Origin: Lachnospiraceae bacterium | GTDB lineage: Bacteria; Bacillota; Clostridia; Lachnospirales; Lachnospiraceae | Assembly: GCA_963661545.1 (NCBI GenBank) | Contig: CAVLCU010000001.1 | Span: 51-64,050, forward strand | Direction of reading: 5' to 3' | Length of the DNA: 64,000 bases | Shown: piece by piece, positions 1 through 10,723 of the stretch | How positions within the stretch are numbered: the first letter of the stretch is position 1 | How the letters are laid out: each line of letters starts with the position of its first letter | Made by a program: the position numbers and the translations under genes | The notes under the pieces: model-generated | The model's database searches: none | Told to the model about the DNA's origin: nothing | What the model saw: the letters and a program-made list of their open reading frames with translations, nothing else

Positions 1-67
1 GTGAGTTGAACATAGTGGATGGAAAAGCCAATTTGTATGTGCGCCGCATTTGAAGAAGGTAAGATTA

Positions 68-172
68 TACTTTACAGCAGGCGGAATGGTTGATATACCG
101 ACAGAGCAAGAACTCCTTGCCATATTGGACGAGGTTCAGCGAAATCCTCAGGAATTTCGATTTATCGCCTAA
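68..172 (+). pseudogene. Probable 3' remnant of a large serine recombinase (TnpX/TndX-like C-terminal tail)
   Basis: Frame 2 reads YFTAGGMVDIPTEQELLAILDEVQRNPQEFRFIA-TAA(170-172), which resembles, from memory, C-termini of clostridial serine recombinases. An in-frame TGA at 2-4 means no intact upstream frame. Confidence 0.45.
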
Positions 173-181
173 ACAAAAAAT

Positions 182-209
182 CGGTGCAACCCATCTCCGA
201 GTTGCACCG
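182..209. terminator. Intrinsic terminator hairpin downstream of prfB
   Basis: CGGTGCAAC-10 nt loop-GTTGCACCG, preceded by an A-run that gives a U-tail on the minus strand. Confidence 0.7.
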
Positions 210-270
210 TAGCTATTACATTAAAGCATCCTTATGTGGTGTTAGCATTCGCTTCCGCCCTTGTTTTTTC

Positions 271-1381
271 TTATTTCTTCAAGGCAATCCACTTGAGATA
301 GGCATTGATAAAGGGATCAATATCTCCATCCATGACTGCGTCCACCTGACCTCGTTCCTCATTGGTGCGATGGTCCTTGACCATGGTATAGGGCTGCATG
401 ACATAGGATCGGATCTGGTTGCCCCAGGCGATATCTGTGACCTCTCCCCGAATGCCGGACAGCTTGGCCGCCTGCTCTTCCTGGGCCAGCATGTAGAGCT
501 TGGCCTTCAGCATCTGCATGGCCTTGTCCTTGTTCATGTGCTGGGACCGCTCATTCTGGCAGGTTACCACAATTCCTGTGGGAAAATGGGTAATCCGAAT
601 GGCGGAGGAGGTCTTGTTGATATGCTGACCGCCGGCGCCGCTGGACCGATAGGTATCGATCCGGATGTCCTCGTCCTTGATCTCAATATCGATATCGTCC
701 TCTATGTCCGGCATCACATCGCAGGACACAAAGGAAGTCTGCCGCTTGCCATTGGCATTGAAGGGGGAGATGCGAACCAGGCGGTGGACTCCCTTTTCCG
801 ACTTGAGATAGCCATAGGCATTCTCTCCATTCACCTGGAAGGTGACAGACTTGACTCCGGCCTCATCTCCCTCCAGGAAATCCAGCTCCTCCACGGAAAA
901 TCCCTTCTTCTCTGCCCATCGGGTATACATCCGGTAGAGCATGCCGCACCAGTCCATGGCCTCGGTGCCGCCGGCGCCCGCATTCAGCTTCAGGATGGCA
1001 TTGCAGCGGTCATATTCCCCGGACAGGAGGGTCTTAATGCGGATGCTCTCGAACTTGTTCTTGAACTCATCCAGCATCTCCTGTATCTCCGGAATGACGG
1101 AGGCATCGTTCTCCTCGTAGCCCATCTCGATCAGGGTTTCCATATCCTCCTTGGCTGAAGTCAGCTGCCGATAGGTATCCCGATCCTCCTTAAGGCTTCC
1201 CAGCTCCTTCATCTGTTCCTGGGCCTTTTCCGGCTGGTCCCAGAATCCGGGCTCTTCCATCTTCCTCTCTAGTTCTTCGATCCTCTGCTCCTTATTAGCG
1301 AGGTCAAAGTGAATCCCTCACTTCCACTAATGGTCCCTCGTAGGAATTCAATTCCGTCTTGAATTGATCTAATTCAACCAC
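271..1381 (-). CDS. prfB: Peptide chain release factor 2, programmed +1 frameshift
   Basis: GGQ and SPF motifs present. First segment starts GTG at 1381 (MVELDQFKTELNSYEGPLVEVRDSL) and ends at CTT-TGA-C (1309-1303); the +1 frame continues DLANKEQRIEELERKMEEPGFW. Confidence 0.97.
1303..1318 (-). promoter_or_regulatory. prfB frameshift cassette (internal SD AGGGA + CTT TGA C)
   Basis: Minus strand reads GTG AGG GAT TCA CTT TGA C, the canonical RF2 autoregulatory site. Confidence 0.93.
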
Positions 1382-1410
1382 AGTTTCACCCACTTTCTTT
1401 TTTTATTGGA

Positions 1411-1476
1411 TTGGACGGGCTTGCGCCCACAGCATTGCTTCTATGCTTTGACCGGCTTGCGCCCACAGCACTGCTT
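1411..1476 (-). repeat. 36-bp-period tandem duplication of the secA 3' end
   Basis: AAGCAGTGCTGTGGGCGCAAGCCGGTC-AAAGCATAG followed by AAGCAATGCTGTGGGCGCAAGCCCGTC. Confidence 0.85.
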
Positions 1477-4017
1477 GTACTTCTTGCCGCTGCCACAGGG
1501 ACAGGGGTCATTGGGATAGATCTTCTTATTCTCCCTTTGTACCGGCTTCTTAGGACCGCTGTCGTCCTTGTTGGTGCCGGTTACCTTGGCTACCTGCTCC
1601 CGCTCCACCTTCTGCTCGATCCTTACATGATAGAGGAGACGGATGGTATCCTGCTGGATGGAATTGGTCATCTCATTGAACATGTCATAGGCGGTCATTT
1701 TATATTCCACCTTGGGATCTCTCTGGCCATAGGCCTGCAGGCCGATTCCCTGGCGCAGCTGGTCCATATCATCGATGTGATCCATCCATTTCTGGTCGAT
1801 GACCTTCAGAAGAATCACACGCTCCAGCTCACGGATCTGCTCTGTCTGGGGGAATTCTGCCTCTTTCTCCTCGTAGAGCTGGATAGCATTCTCCTTCAGC
1901 TTTTGCTTGAGCTGATCCTTGCGGATTCCCTTGACCTGGTCCTCCGTCAAAGGTTTTAGGGGAATGACAGGAAGCAGCAGCCGGTTCAGCTCTGTCAGAT
2001 CCCATTCCTCACTGTCCCCATCCTCGCCGATGCACATATCCACCGTGCCATCTACGGTATCGTAGATCATCTTGAAGATGGCATCCCGCATGTCTTCCCC
2101 ATCCAGAACCCGTCTTCTCTCCTTATAGATGATCTCCCTCTGCTCATTGTTGACCCGGTCATAATCCAGAAGATTCTTCCGGATTCCGTAATTGTTGCCC
2201 TCAATCTTCTTCTGGGCCTTCTCTATGGCTGAGGTAAGCATCTTATGTTCGATCTGCTCATCCTCCGCCACACCCATAGCCCGGAACATCCCCATGAGCT
2301 TCTCCGATCCGAAGAGTCGCATAAGATCGTCCTCCAGGGATATGTAGAAGCGGGACTCGCCGGGATCTCCCTGACGGCCGGAACGGCCTCGCAGCTGATT
2401 GTCGATCCGTCGGGATTCGTGTCGCTCCGTGCCGATGATCTTCAAGCCTCCGGCGGCCTTGGCCTCCTGGTCCAGCTTGATATCGGTACCACGGCCGGCC
2501 ATATTGGTGGCAATGGTAACCGTGCCTGCCTCTCCGGCATGGGATACAATCTCCGCCTCCAGCTCATGGAACTTGGCATTCAATACCTGGTGAGGGATTC
2601 CTTCCCTCTTGAGCATCTTGCTCAGCAATTCCGAGGTTTCGATGGTAATGGTACCTACCAGCACCGGCTGCTTCTTCTCGTGAGCCTCGATGATCTCCCG
2701 AACCACCGCATGGAACTTCTCCTTCTTGGTCATATAGACCGCATCCTCATAGTCCACCCGGATCACCGGCATGTTGGTAGGAATCTCGATCACATCCATG
2801 CCGTAGATATCCCGGAATTCCTGCTCCTCCGTCAGGGCAGTACCGGTCATACCTGCCGTCTTCTCGTATTTGTTAAAGAAATTCTGGAAGGTAATGGTGG
2901 CCAGGGTCTTGCTTTCTCTTCTGACCTTGACATGCTCCTTGGCCTCGATGGCCTGGTGGAGACCGTCCGAATAACGGCGTCCCGGCATGATACGTCCGGT
3001 AAATTCGTCTACGATCAGAACCTCATCGTCCTTCACCACGTAATCCTGGTCACGGAACATGAGATTGTGGGCCCGCAGAGCCAGGATGATATTGTGCTGA
3101 ATCTCCAGGTTCTCCGGATCCGACAGGTTCTCGATATGGAAGAACTTCTCGACCTTCTTGACGCCCTCCTCGGTCAGGGTGACCACCTTGTCCTTTTCAT
3201 TGACAATGAAATCCCCTGTTTCTACGATTTCCTCTCCCATGATGGCGGTCATCTTGGTCATCTCTCCGGAGGCTTCGCCTTTTTGCAGCTGCTGGGCCAG
3301 AATATCACAGGTCTCATAGAGCTTGGTGGACTTGCCGCTCTGACCGGAAATAATCAAAGGAGTTCTGGCCTCGTCGATCAGGACCGAGTCTACCTCATCG
3401 ATGATGGCATAGGACAGGTCTCTTTGCACCAGCTGTTCCTTGTAAATGACCATGTTGTCCCGCAGGTAGTCAAATCCCAGCTCATTGTTGGTCACATAGG
3501 TGATATCGCAGGCATAGGCTGCCCGCCGCTCGTCATTCTTCATGGGATTGAGGACAACGCCCACCGTCAGGCCAAGGAATTCATGTACCTTGCCCATCCA
3601 TTCTGCGTCACGGCTGGCCAGATAATCATTGACCGTTACGATATGCACGCCCTTACCGGCCAATGCATTCAGATATGCAGGAAGAGTGGATACCAGGGTC
3701 TTACCTTCACCGGTCTTCATCTCAGCGATACGCCCCTGATGCAGGATAATACCTCCAATGAGCTGAACCCGATAATGCTCCATATTCAGGACACGCTTGG
3801 CCGCCTCCCTTACCACCGCAAAAGCCTCCGGCAGCAGGTCGTCCAGGGTCTCCCCGGCAGATAGTCTCTCCCGGAAAATCTTGGTCTTGCCCCGCAGCTC
3901 CTCATCTGACAGCTTCTGCATGTCCGGTCGAAGAGACTCTATCTTGTCCACCAAGGGCTTGATTCTCTTTAGCTCGCGGGCACTGTGAGTGCCAAATAAT
4001 CTCTCAGATAACTTCAT
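1441..4017 (-). CDS. secA: Preprotein translocase ATPase SecA
   Basis: MKTGEGKT Walker [33 protein letters not shown] and C-terminal SEC-C ([14 protein letters not shown]). Confidence 0.99.
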   Translation of the reverse strand: MKLSERLFGTHSARELKRIKPLVDKIESLRPDMQKLSDEELRGKTKIFRERLSAGETLDDLLPEAFAVVREAAKRVLNMEHYRVQLIGGIILHQGRIAEMKTGEGKTLVSTLPAYLNALAGKGVHIVTVNDYLASRDAEWMGKVHEFLGLTVGVVLNPMKNDERRAAYACDITYVTNNELGFDYLRDNMVIYKEQLVQRDLSYAIIDEVDSVLIDEARTPLIISGQSGKSTKLYETCDILAQQLQKGEASGEMTKMTAIMGEEIVETGDFIVNEKDKVVTLTEEGVKKVEKFFHIENLSDPENLEIQHNIILALRAHNLMFRDQDYVVKDDEVLIVDEFTGRIMPGRRYSDGLHQAIEAKEHVKVRRESKTLATITFQNFFNKYEKTAGMTGTALTEEQEFRDIYGMDVIEIPTNMPVIRVDYEDAVYMTKKEKFHAVVREIIEAHEKKQPVLVGTITIETSELLSKMLKREGIPHQVLNAKFHELEAEIVSHAGEAGTVTIATNMAGRGTDIKLDQEAKAAGGLKIIGTERHESRRIDNQLRGRSGRQGDPGESRFYISLEDDLMRLFGSEKLMGMFRAMGVAEDEQIEHKMLTSAIEKAQKKIEGNNYGIRKNLLDYDRVNNEQREIIYKERRRVLDGEDMRDAIFKMIYDTVDGTVDMCIGEDGDSEEWDLTELNRLLLPVIPLKPLTEDQVKGIRKDQLKQKLKENAIQLYEEKEAEFPQTEQIRELERVILLKVIDQKWMDHIDDMDQLRQGIGLQAYGQRDPKVEYKMTAYDMFNEMTNSIQQDTIRLLYHVRIEQKVEREQVAKVTGTNKDDSGPKKPVQRENKKIYPNDPCPCGSGKKYKQCCGRKPVKA

Positions 4018-4171
4018 TCTTATTGCTCCTGTTGAAACGGATTCTCCTTACAAAATACGGCTGCACCAAGACCGGCAGCCAAGGAATCTGGTTACGCTTT
4101 TTCTATTCTAGCACTTTATCCGCCATTAAACAATAAATTTTTCGTGAATCTGCCATCCCACCATATAGGAA

Positions 4172-4199
4172 AGGCGGTTGCCCCGGGGGGCAACCGCCT
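4172..4199 (-). terminator. GC-rich hairpin downstream of hpf
   Basis: AGGCGGTTGCCCC-GG-GGGGCAACCGCCT perfect inverted repeat; U-tail is weak. Confidence 0.6.
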
Positions 4200-4200
4200 C

Positions 4201-4268
4201 TGGGTCATCCAGCTCCTATCCCACTGACATGTCAGCATGTCCCGGACTCAGGCTTTTGACCCTGTAGC
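4201..4268. repeat. Dispersed intergenic MITE/REP-like element, copy 1
   Basis: GGGTCAT...CCCACTGACATGTCAGCATGTC...CTCAGGCTTTTGACCCTGTA aligns with the reverse complement of 9173-9241. Confidence 0.7.
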
Positions 4269-4276
4269 CATCCTCT

Positions 4277-4804
4277 TCAATCCTCCGGCTCGATCAAGCC
4301 GTAGGTATTGCCTTTTCTCTTGTAGACCACGTTGACCTTCTCGGTCTCTGCGTTACAAAATACAAAGAAGTTATGTCCCAGCAGCTCCATCTGTACGCAG
4401 GCATCCTCCGGATACATGGGCTTGATGTCAAACTTCTTGGTTCTAAGGATCTGAATCTCCTCATTCTCCAGGTAATCATTCTCGAGATAAGCCTTCTGGA
4501 AGTTGCCATTGGACTGCTTCTTGTCTACAATCTTGTTCTTATACTTGCGCAGCTGCCGCTCAATGACCTCCTCCACCAGATCGATGGATACATACATATC
4601 GTTGCTGACCTGCTCGGAACGAATGATATTGCCCCTCACGGGGATGGTAACCTCTATCTTCTGCCTCTCTTTTTCTACACTGAGGGTAACAATAACCTTG
4701 GTATCCGGTGTGAAGTACCGCTCCAGCTTTCCTAATTTCTCTGTTACCGCGCTTTTCAGTCCCGGTGTTATCTCAATATTCTTGCCGCTGATGGTGATAT
4801 TCAT
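4277..4804 (-). CDS. hpf: Ribosome hibernation promoting factor (long HPF, RaiA/YvyD family)
   Basis: MNITISGKNIEIT..., DMYVSIDLV, and C-terminal KPM..EDA..QMELLGHNFFVF domain. Start placed at ATG 4804, after an SD-like AAGGGG. Confidence 0.95.
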   Translation of the reverse strand: MNITISGKNIEITPGLKSAVTEKLGKLERYFTPDTKVIVTLSVEKERQKIEVTIPVRGNIIRSEQVSNDMYVSIDLVEEVIERQLRKYKNKIVDKKQSNGNFQKAYLENDYLENEEIQILRTKKFDIKPMYPEDACVQMELLGHNFFVFCNAETEKVNVVYKRKGNTYGLIEPED

Positions 4805-4902
4805 AACATCAACCCCTTTGCTTATTATTTTACAGACCTTTTCCTTCTCCGTTCTGTAATTTAGTTCCATTATATCAATTGTCGGCTCTAAATGCAATGA
4901 TT

Positions 4903-7900
4903 CTATTCTACACTCTTGAGAGATTCTATCATATTGATTCGCCGCAGGCGATAGAACATGACGATATTGACCAGCAGGGAAAAGAGGAGAGTGATGACCC
5001 CGCTTTTCAGATAACTCAGGAAGCTGATCACCCGGCCAAACATCATGAGATCCACCTCTACCGTCAGGATGGTAATGCGATGCAGGGCTGCCCCCATACC
5101 GGCACCTACCAGGATGCCCATGATGGTAAGGAGGATATTCTCCCGGTAGACATACCAGGCCACCTCTCCGTCATAGAAGCCCAATACCTTGAGGGTGGCC
5201 AGCTCCCGCTGGCGCTCGGTAATATTGATGCTGTTCAGGTTGTAGAGCACCACAAAAGCCAGAAGACCGGCAGAACAGATCAAAACATATATGACAATGT
5301 TGAGGCTCTGAAGCATATCCTGGATCTGGCTCTCCAGCTCGGAGACAAAGGAAACCCCGGAGCAGGCTTCCCAGCCCATGAGTTCTCGGCCCAGCTTCCG
5401 CTCCTGCACCGTCTGATCTTCCTTAGAGTCCTCCTTGTAGTTGATATACATGGTATTGTAAGCCGGCTGCTGGCCAAATAGGTCTTGGTAGGTCCTCGGA
5501 GACAGGAAGGCATAATGCTGGATATAATTTTCCACAATCTCCGTCACCTGGACGGCTGCCGGACTGCTGTCCTCACTGGTCTTGATCTCTATGGTATCTC
5601 CCAGGGAAACCCCCAGCATTTTGGCCGTCTTCTCCGCCAGTGCCACCCCCTCCTGGGGATAGGCATAGTCCTCCCCTGTTTTCCGATCCTTCAGGCTCAG
5701 ATAATCGGCGATCTTTTGGGTATCCGAGGGCACATAGAGGTAGGCGCTTCTGGTATTATCCCCCGCCTCCAGATCCACGCTGGTCTGATAGATCGAAAGA
5801 CATCCGGCCACCTCCTCCTTAGCCTCCACCGCCTCCACAAAGGCTGTCATCTCCTGGTCTGTGGCCTTGCTGTTGAGCGTCACAGAGACATCGTATGTAA
5901 AGATCTCCACATATTGGCGTTTGGCAATCTCTGTGATGGAATCCTCCAGGCCAAAGCCCACCAGCATCAGGGCCATACAGCCGCCGATGCCGATGATGGT
6001 CATGAAAAATCGTTTTTTATAACGGATCAGGTTCCGCAGGGTGGACTTGCGGGTAAAGGTCAGGCGTTTCCACAAGAAGGTGATCCTCTCCAGAAAGACC
6101 CTTTTCCCCCCTTTGGGAGCCTCCGGCCGCATCAGCTCCGCAGGCTTGGCCCTCAGCTGGTTCAGACAGGCTGCCAAAGTGGCAATTCCCGTGGAAGCAG
6201 CTGCGGCTGCCAAAGCCATGATGGCCTGATCCCAATTGATGGGGGTTCGGCATTCCAGCATACCGGTATACATCATCTGGTAGGAGTCCAGCACCACATA
6301 GGGCAGGAGCCTTTCTCCCAGCAAAACTCCCACAATGCTGCCGCTGACCGTAGCCAGCATGGCATAGCTGAAATATTTCATGGCAATGGTTCGATTCTTA
6401 TATCCCAAAGCCTTCAGGGTTCCGATCTGCAGTCTCTGCTCCTCCACCATACGGGTCATGGCAGTCAGGCTCACCAAGGCTGCCACCAGGAAGAACATGA
6501 CGGGAAATACCTGCCCCAGGTTCTTCATCCGCTCCGCATCCTGGCCATAGCTGGCACAGGAGGAAATTTTGTTGCGATCCAGCACATACCACTGACCCGC
6601 TTCCAGATCCTCCAGCTCCTTTTGGCCGTCTGTGATCTGCTGTCTGGCATCCTCCAGCTCCGGCTGGGCCTCCTCATAGGCCTCCTGGTAGTCTGCCTGG
6701 CCCTGGGCCAGCTCCTGCTTCTTGTCCTCCAGCTCCCGGCGGGCCTCCTCCAGCTGCTTTTGTCCCTCCTCCAGCTGAGCCCTGGCCTGGGCCAGCTCCG
6801 CCTCAGCCTCCTGAAGCTGGGCTTCTCCCGAGGTCAGCTCCGCCTTCCTGGCCTCCAGCTCCTGTCTGCCGGACTCCAGTTCTAAGAGGCCCTGGGCCAG
6901 TTGCGTCTCGGTGGCATCCAGGGTCGCCTTGGCTGCCGCCAGCTGAGCCCTGGCCTCTCCCAGCTGGACAGCGGCGGCATCCAGCTGGCTCCTGCTTCCA
7001 TCCAGCTCTTGTCGGGCAGCCTCCAATTGGGCCTTAGCCTCCTGAAGCTGGGGATCACTGGCCGGATCCAACCCCATGGCCTGGTATTGGGCTGCTGCTG
7101 CCTGGTAGGCTTGCTCTTGCTGCTCATATTGAGCCTCTCCGGCGGTATAAGCCTCCAGCCCCTGGTCGTATTCTGCCTCTTTCTGGTCAAAGGCAGCCTT
7201 ATTTTCCTCATATTGAGCCAACCCGGCTTGATATTGCACCCTGCCGTCGGCCAGGGACTGTTCCGACTGGGTCAGCTGGTCTTCTGCCTCCTGGATCTGT
7301 CGGCGGCCATCCTCTAAGCTCTGGCGGCTGTCTGCCAGCTCCTGCTCTCCCTGGGTCAGCTCTTCCTGACCCTCCTTCAGCTCCCGGTCCTTGTCCTGCA
7401 AGGTGGTCTCCGCCTGGGCCAGCTGCTTCTGGCCCTCCTCCAGCTCTGCCCTGGCATCGTCTAACTCCTGCTGACCGTCCTCTACCTTCTTACGGGCATC
7501 CTCCAGCTTCTCCCGGGCCTCTCTATAGACCTCCTGATAACGGCGGTCTACTGCCTGGTCGCTGATGGCCTCCAGCCTGTCTGCAACCTCCTCCACCAGG
7601 TCTTCATAGGCATCGCTGTAGCTTAAGAGCTCCTCCGCCCCCTGAACCTGCACATAGGCCTCTGTATAAACCTCCTGTTGGAATACCTGGGGCAAAACTA
7701 CCAGAAAAGCATCGATAGAGCCGTCCCCGATGGTTCCCACCCCCCGGGTCAAATCCACATAATAAGGAAGGTAGCCTGCCCCCACAATGGTATAAGTCTG
7801 CCGGGTCAGAGAATCCTCTAAGGCATCCTCGGTACCGGACTCCAGGGTGATGACATCACCGATCGCATAACCCTTTTGCTCCAGGAGAACTACATCCGCT

Positions 7901-8292
7901 ACGCACTCGTCCTCCCTCTTCGGCAGCCGCCCCTGCTGCAGGGTGAGACAATTCACATCCTCCGTAAGGGCAATCATTTTCAATACCAGTTCCTGATCCT
8001 GGGTATCACAGAGAACCTCCTGGGTATGACCGCCCGTTACCGATGCCACGCCCGCAACTGCCCTCATATCTTCCAGATCCTGGTCGGTCAAGCCCAGACT
8101 CCCCAAGACCCGGATATCCATCAATTTGGCCTTGTCATAATAGCAATCTGCCGAATATTTCATATCGTAGCTGGAGGACCGAATCCCCGCATAAAAAGCC
8201 GTCCCCAGCAGAACAATGAAAAAAATCGAGATAAAGCGTCCTGCATTCTTACGTATCTCGCGAAAAAAATCTTTTCTCAGCATGTTTTTCAT
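4903..8292 (-). CDS. ABC transporter permease (FtsX/MacB-like) with long coiled-coil insert
   Basis: Two FtsX-like TM blocks (MTRMVEEQRLQIGTLKALG; NITERQRELATLKVLG) and a central Q/E/A-rich coiled coil. Confidence 0.9.
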   Translation of the reverse strand: MKNMLRKDFFREIRKNAGRFISIFFIVLLGTAFYAGIRSSSYDMKYSADCYYDKAKLMDIRVLGSLGLTDQDLEDMRAVAGVASVTGGHTQEVLCDTQDQELVLKMIALTEDVNCLTLQQGRLPKREDECVADVVLLEQKGYAIGDVITLESGTEDALEDSLTRQTYTIVGAGYLPYYVDLTRGVGTIGDGSIDAFLVVLPQVFQQEVYTEAYVQVQGAEELLSYSDAYEDLVEEVADRLEAISDQAVDRRYQEVYREAREKLEDARKKVEDGQQELDDARAELEEGQKQLAQAETTLQDKDRELKEGQEELTQGEQELADSRQSLEDGRRQIQEAEDQLTQSEQSLADGRVQYQAGLAQYEENKAAFDQKEAEYDQGLEAYTAGEAQYEQQEQAYQAAAAQYQAMGLDPASDPQLQEAKAQLEAARQELDGSRSQLDAAAVQLGEARAQLAAAKATLDATETQLAQGLLELESGRQELEARKAELTSGEAQLQEAEAELAQARAQLEEGQKQLEEARRELEDKKQELAQGQADYQEAYEEAQPELEDARQQITDGQKELEDLEAGQWYVLDRNKISSCASYGQDAERMKNLGQVFPVMFFLVAALVSLTAMTRMVEEQRLQIGTLKALGYKNRTIAMKYFSYAMLATVSGSIVGVLLGERLLPYVVLDSYQMMYTGMLECRTPINWDQAIMALAAAAASTGIATLAACLNQLRAKPAELMRPEAPKGGKRVFLERITFLWKRLTFTRKSTLRNLIRYKKRFFMTIIGIGGCMALMLVGFGLEDSITEIAKRQYVEIFTYDVSVTLNSKATDQEMTAFVEAVEAKEEVAGCLSIYQTSVDLEAGDNTRSAYLYVPSDTQKIADYLSLKDRKTGEDYAYPQEGVALAEKTAKMLGVSLGDTIEIKTSEDSSPAAVQVTEIVENYIQHYAFLSPRTYQDLFGQQPAYNTMYINYKEDSKEDQTVQERKLGRELMGWEACSGVSFVSELESQIQDMLQSLNIVIYVLICSAGLLAFVVLYNLNSINITERQRELATLKVLGFYDGEVAWYVYRENILLTIMGILVGAGMGAALHRITILTVEVDLMMFGRVISFLSYLKSGVITLLFSLLVNIVMFYRLRRINMIESLKSVE

Positions 8293-8298
8293 GGGCTC

Positions 8299-9003
8299 TT
8301 ACCATTCAATCTCTTCTACCGGAATCGGATGGGGATTCTCCTCCACCCCACTGACTCTGCCGCTGCGGATATGGATGACCCGATCCGCCATGGGAGTCAG
8401 AGCCGTATTGTGGGTGATGACAATCACCGTCATCCCCTTCTGTCTGCAGGTGTCCTGCAAAAGCTTCAGGATGGACTTGCCCGTTACATAATCCAAAGCA
8501 CCCGTGGGTTCATCACAGAGCAAAAGCTTGGGATTCTTGGCCAAAGCCCTGGCGATGGCTACCCGCTGCTGCTCTCCCCCGGACAGCTGGGCCGGAAAGT
8601 TATTCTTCCGCCCGGCCAGCCCCACTTCCTCCAGCACCCGATCCGCATCCAGGGGATTCTTGCAGATCTGCAAGGCCAGCTCCACATTCTCCAAAGCCGT
8701 CAGATTCTGCATCAGATTGTAGAATTGAAAGACAAAGCCGATATCCTCCCTGCGGTATTGAATCAGCTGCCTCCCCTTCAAGCCGGACACATCATGACCA
8801 TCCACCCGCACCAGACCGCCGGTGGCCGTGTCCATGCCCCCCAGAATATTGAGTACCGTGGTCTTACCGGCTCCGGAGGGTCCCACGATCACGGCAAATT
8901 CTCCTTTTTGGATCTCAAAATCAATGCCGTCGCAGGCCTTGATCGTAATCTCTCCCATCTTGTAAACCTTGGTCACATCCCTTAATTCCACATAGGAAGA
9001 CAA
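8299..9003 (-). CDS. ABC transporter ATP-binding protein (LolD/MacB-like)
   Basis: [17 protein letters not shown] and LLCDEPTG motifs. Likely TTG start at 9003 after SD GAAGGGGG. Confidence 0.93.
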   Translation of the reverse strand: MSSYVELRDVTKVYKMGEITIKACDGIDFEIQKGEFAVIVGPSGAGKTTVLNILGGMDTATGGLVRVDGHDVSGLKGRQLIQYRREDIGFVFQFYNLMQNLTALENVELALQICKNPLDADRVLEEVGLAGRKNNFPAQLSGGEQQRVAIARALAKNPKLLLCDEPTGALDYVTGKSILKLLQDTCRQKGMTVIVITHNTALTPMADRVIHIRSGRVSGVEENPHPIPVEEIEW

Positions 9004-9172
9004 AAAAATACCCCCTTCTGCACGTATCCTCTTGCTGACTGCTCCTGCAGCCATGGCCGGATAGCAGCGACAGCTTCCTTCCGGCTGTCGGCTCCCCTCC
9101 GGGACTTTTCGTGATAGTTAGGGGTATTATAGCATAAATTGCCCCGGTAAAACCTTAAAAAAAAGTAAAATT

Positions 9173-9245
9173 GGTTACAGTGTCAAAAGCCTGAGCCCAC
9201 GACATGCTCGCATGTCGGTGGGGGAATGGCTTTATGACACGCCCC
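9173..9245. repeat. Dispersed intergenic MITE/REP-like element, copy 2
   Basis: GTGTCAAAAGCC...GACATGCTCGCATGTC...GGCTTTATGACAC: imperfect terminal inverted repeats around an inner hairpin. Confidence 0.7.
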
Positions 9246-9376
9246 TCAATGAGGGCCAAGTGGGGCCAAACTGACTTTGTCGATTTTGACAAAATCCGAG
9301 GGTCAACTTAGCCACTGTGAATAATGCCAAACCGCTCCAAAGGGACTACAATGGAAAAAAGAAAGGAAGAAAAATT

Positions 9377-10612
9377 ATGGGAGAGAAAAAAGTCAAAAAC
9401 CGCTATCTGATTCTTGGCGGACTATTCGTGAATTCTTTTTGTCTGGGAGGAGCCTACGCCTGGAGTGTATTTGCCCTTCCCTTATCCAATGCCAGAGGAT
9501 GGGATTACGGGATGGTAACCCTGGCCTATTCCCTCTATCTTCTGATCAATGCCTTTTTCGGAATTCCCGGAGGCAAACTACTGAATAGTGTGGGACCTCG
9601 GAAGCTTTTGCTAGTCTCCAGCGTCCTGTTTGGCGGGGGCTGGCTGATGACGGGCTTCGCCTCCAACACCCCCCTTTTGTATCTCTTCTTCAGCGTCTGC
9701 TGCGGCATCGGCTGCGGCATCCGCTACAATCCCTGTGTGACCACGGCAACCCTGTGGTTTCCGGATAAGAAGGGGTTCGCCTCCGGCCTGGTTCTGGGCG
9801 CCATGGGGCTGGCTCCCCTGATTCTGGCGCCTGTGGCCAATGCCTTGCTGGTAAGCTTCAACGTATTGGTGGCCTTCCGGATCTTGGGGCTGATTTTCTT
9901 TGTTATCTCTCTTCTTGCGTCACTGCCGGTAGACGCTCCGCCGGAGGATTACGCTCCGGAGAAGATGACCACCCCCCAAGCGGGGGCAGAGATAAAGCCG
10001 GGAAAAAGCTGTACCTGGCAGGAAATGATGAAAACCGGTAAGTTTTACCTGCTCTGGATGGTATTCCTGGGCAGCTGCGTTGCCGGATTGATGCTCATCG
10101 GTCATGCCTCCGCCATCGGGCAGGAACTGGCGGGCATCAATGCCGGACAAGCGGCCATGCTGGTGGGAATCCTGGCCCTGGCCAATTTCGGCGGCAGAAT
10201 GATCATGGGTAGTCTGTCTGATGCCATCGGGCGCTATCCCACCCTGATCATCTGTCTGGCAGGGAGTACCCTGGATATGATCCTTATGGCCAAGAGTCAT
10301 TCCTTCCCCACCTACCTGGTGGCCATCGTCCTGGTGGGCATTACCTTCGGCGGTGTGCTGGCCACCTATCCTTCTATTGTATCCGACAGCTTCGGAAGCA
10401 AGCACATGGGAATCAACTACGGTATCGTCTTCACTGCCTACGGGATAGCTGCCGTGGTGGGACCTATGACCGCTACAGCCTTGAAGGCCAATACCGGCCA
10501 CTATACCGCAGCCCTGATCTTCGCTGGAATCTGTTCTGCCGCAGCTCTGGTTCTGACGGTGGGGCTTGCCCTGGCGGGAAGTAAGGACAAGAAAGCCAGG
10601 CAATCCCTGTGA
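9377..10612 (+). CDS. MFS transporter, OFA (oxalate/formate antiporter-like) family
   Basis: About 12 hydrophobic segments; GGAYAWSVF, WFPDKKGFASG and FGSKHMGINYG motifs. Substrate not assignable. Confidence 0.85.
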   Translation: MGEKKVKNRYLILGGLFVNSFCLGGAYAWSVFALPLSNARGWDYGMVTLAYSLYLLINAFFGIPGGKLLNSVGPRKLLLVSSVLFGGGWLMTGFASNTPLLYLFFSVCCGIGCGIRYNPCVTTATLWFPDKKGFASGLVLGAMGLAPLILAPVANALLVSFNVLVAFRILGLIFFVISLLASLPVDAPPEDYAPEKMTTPQAGAEIKPGKSCTWQEMMKTGKFYLLWMVFLGSCVAGLMLIGHASAIGQELAGINAGQAAMLVGILALANFGGRMIMGSLSDAIGRYPTLIICLAGSTLDMILMAKSHSFPTYLVAIVLVGITFGGVLATYPSIVSDSFGSKHMGINYGIVFTAYGIAAVVGPMTATALKANTGHYTAALIFAGICSAAALVLTVGLALAGSKDKKARQSL

Positions 10613-10620
10613 CCATAAAA

Positions 10621-10660
10621 GAGAAAAGCCCCAACAAGCAGTCGGGGCCTTTCTCTTTTC
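10621..10660. terminator. Terminator between the convergent MFS gene and rsmI
   Basis: GAGAAAAGCCCC...GGGGCCTTTCTC followed by TTTT. Confidence 0.55.
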
Positions 10661-10723
10661 TCCCGAAGGGTTTTCACGGCACATCTATGCCTTTTCGGCA
10701 AGCGCCCCATGACCATACACCTT

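Noticed and set aside
184..3864. Long + strand ORFs (184-1158, 2245-3864), and similar ones at 5485, 40353, 48386, 51298 and 56926
   Set aside because: They are antisense shadows of well-recognised genes in GC3-rich DNA and show no family motifs.
6600..7550. Repetitive coiled coil in the ABC permease as a novel fusion
   Set aside because: This is a common architecture among Firmicute FtsX-like permeases.
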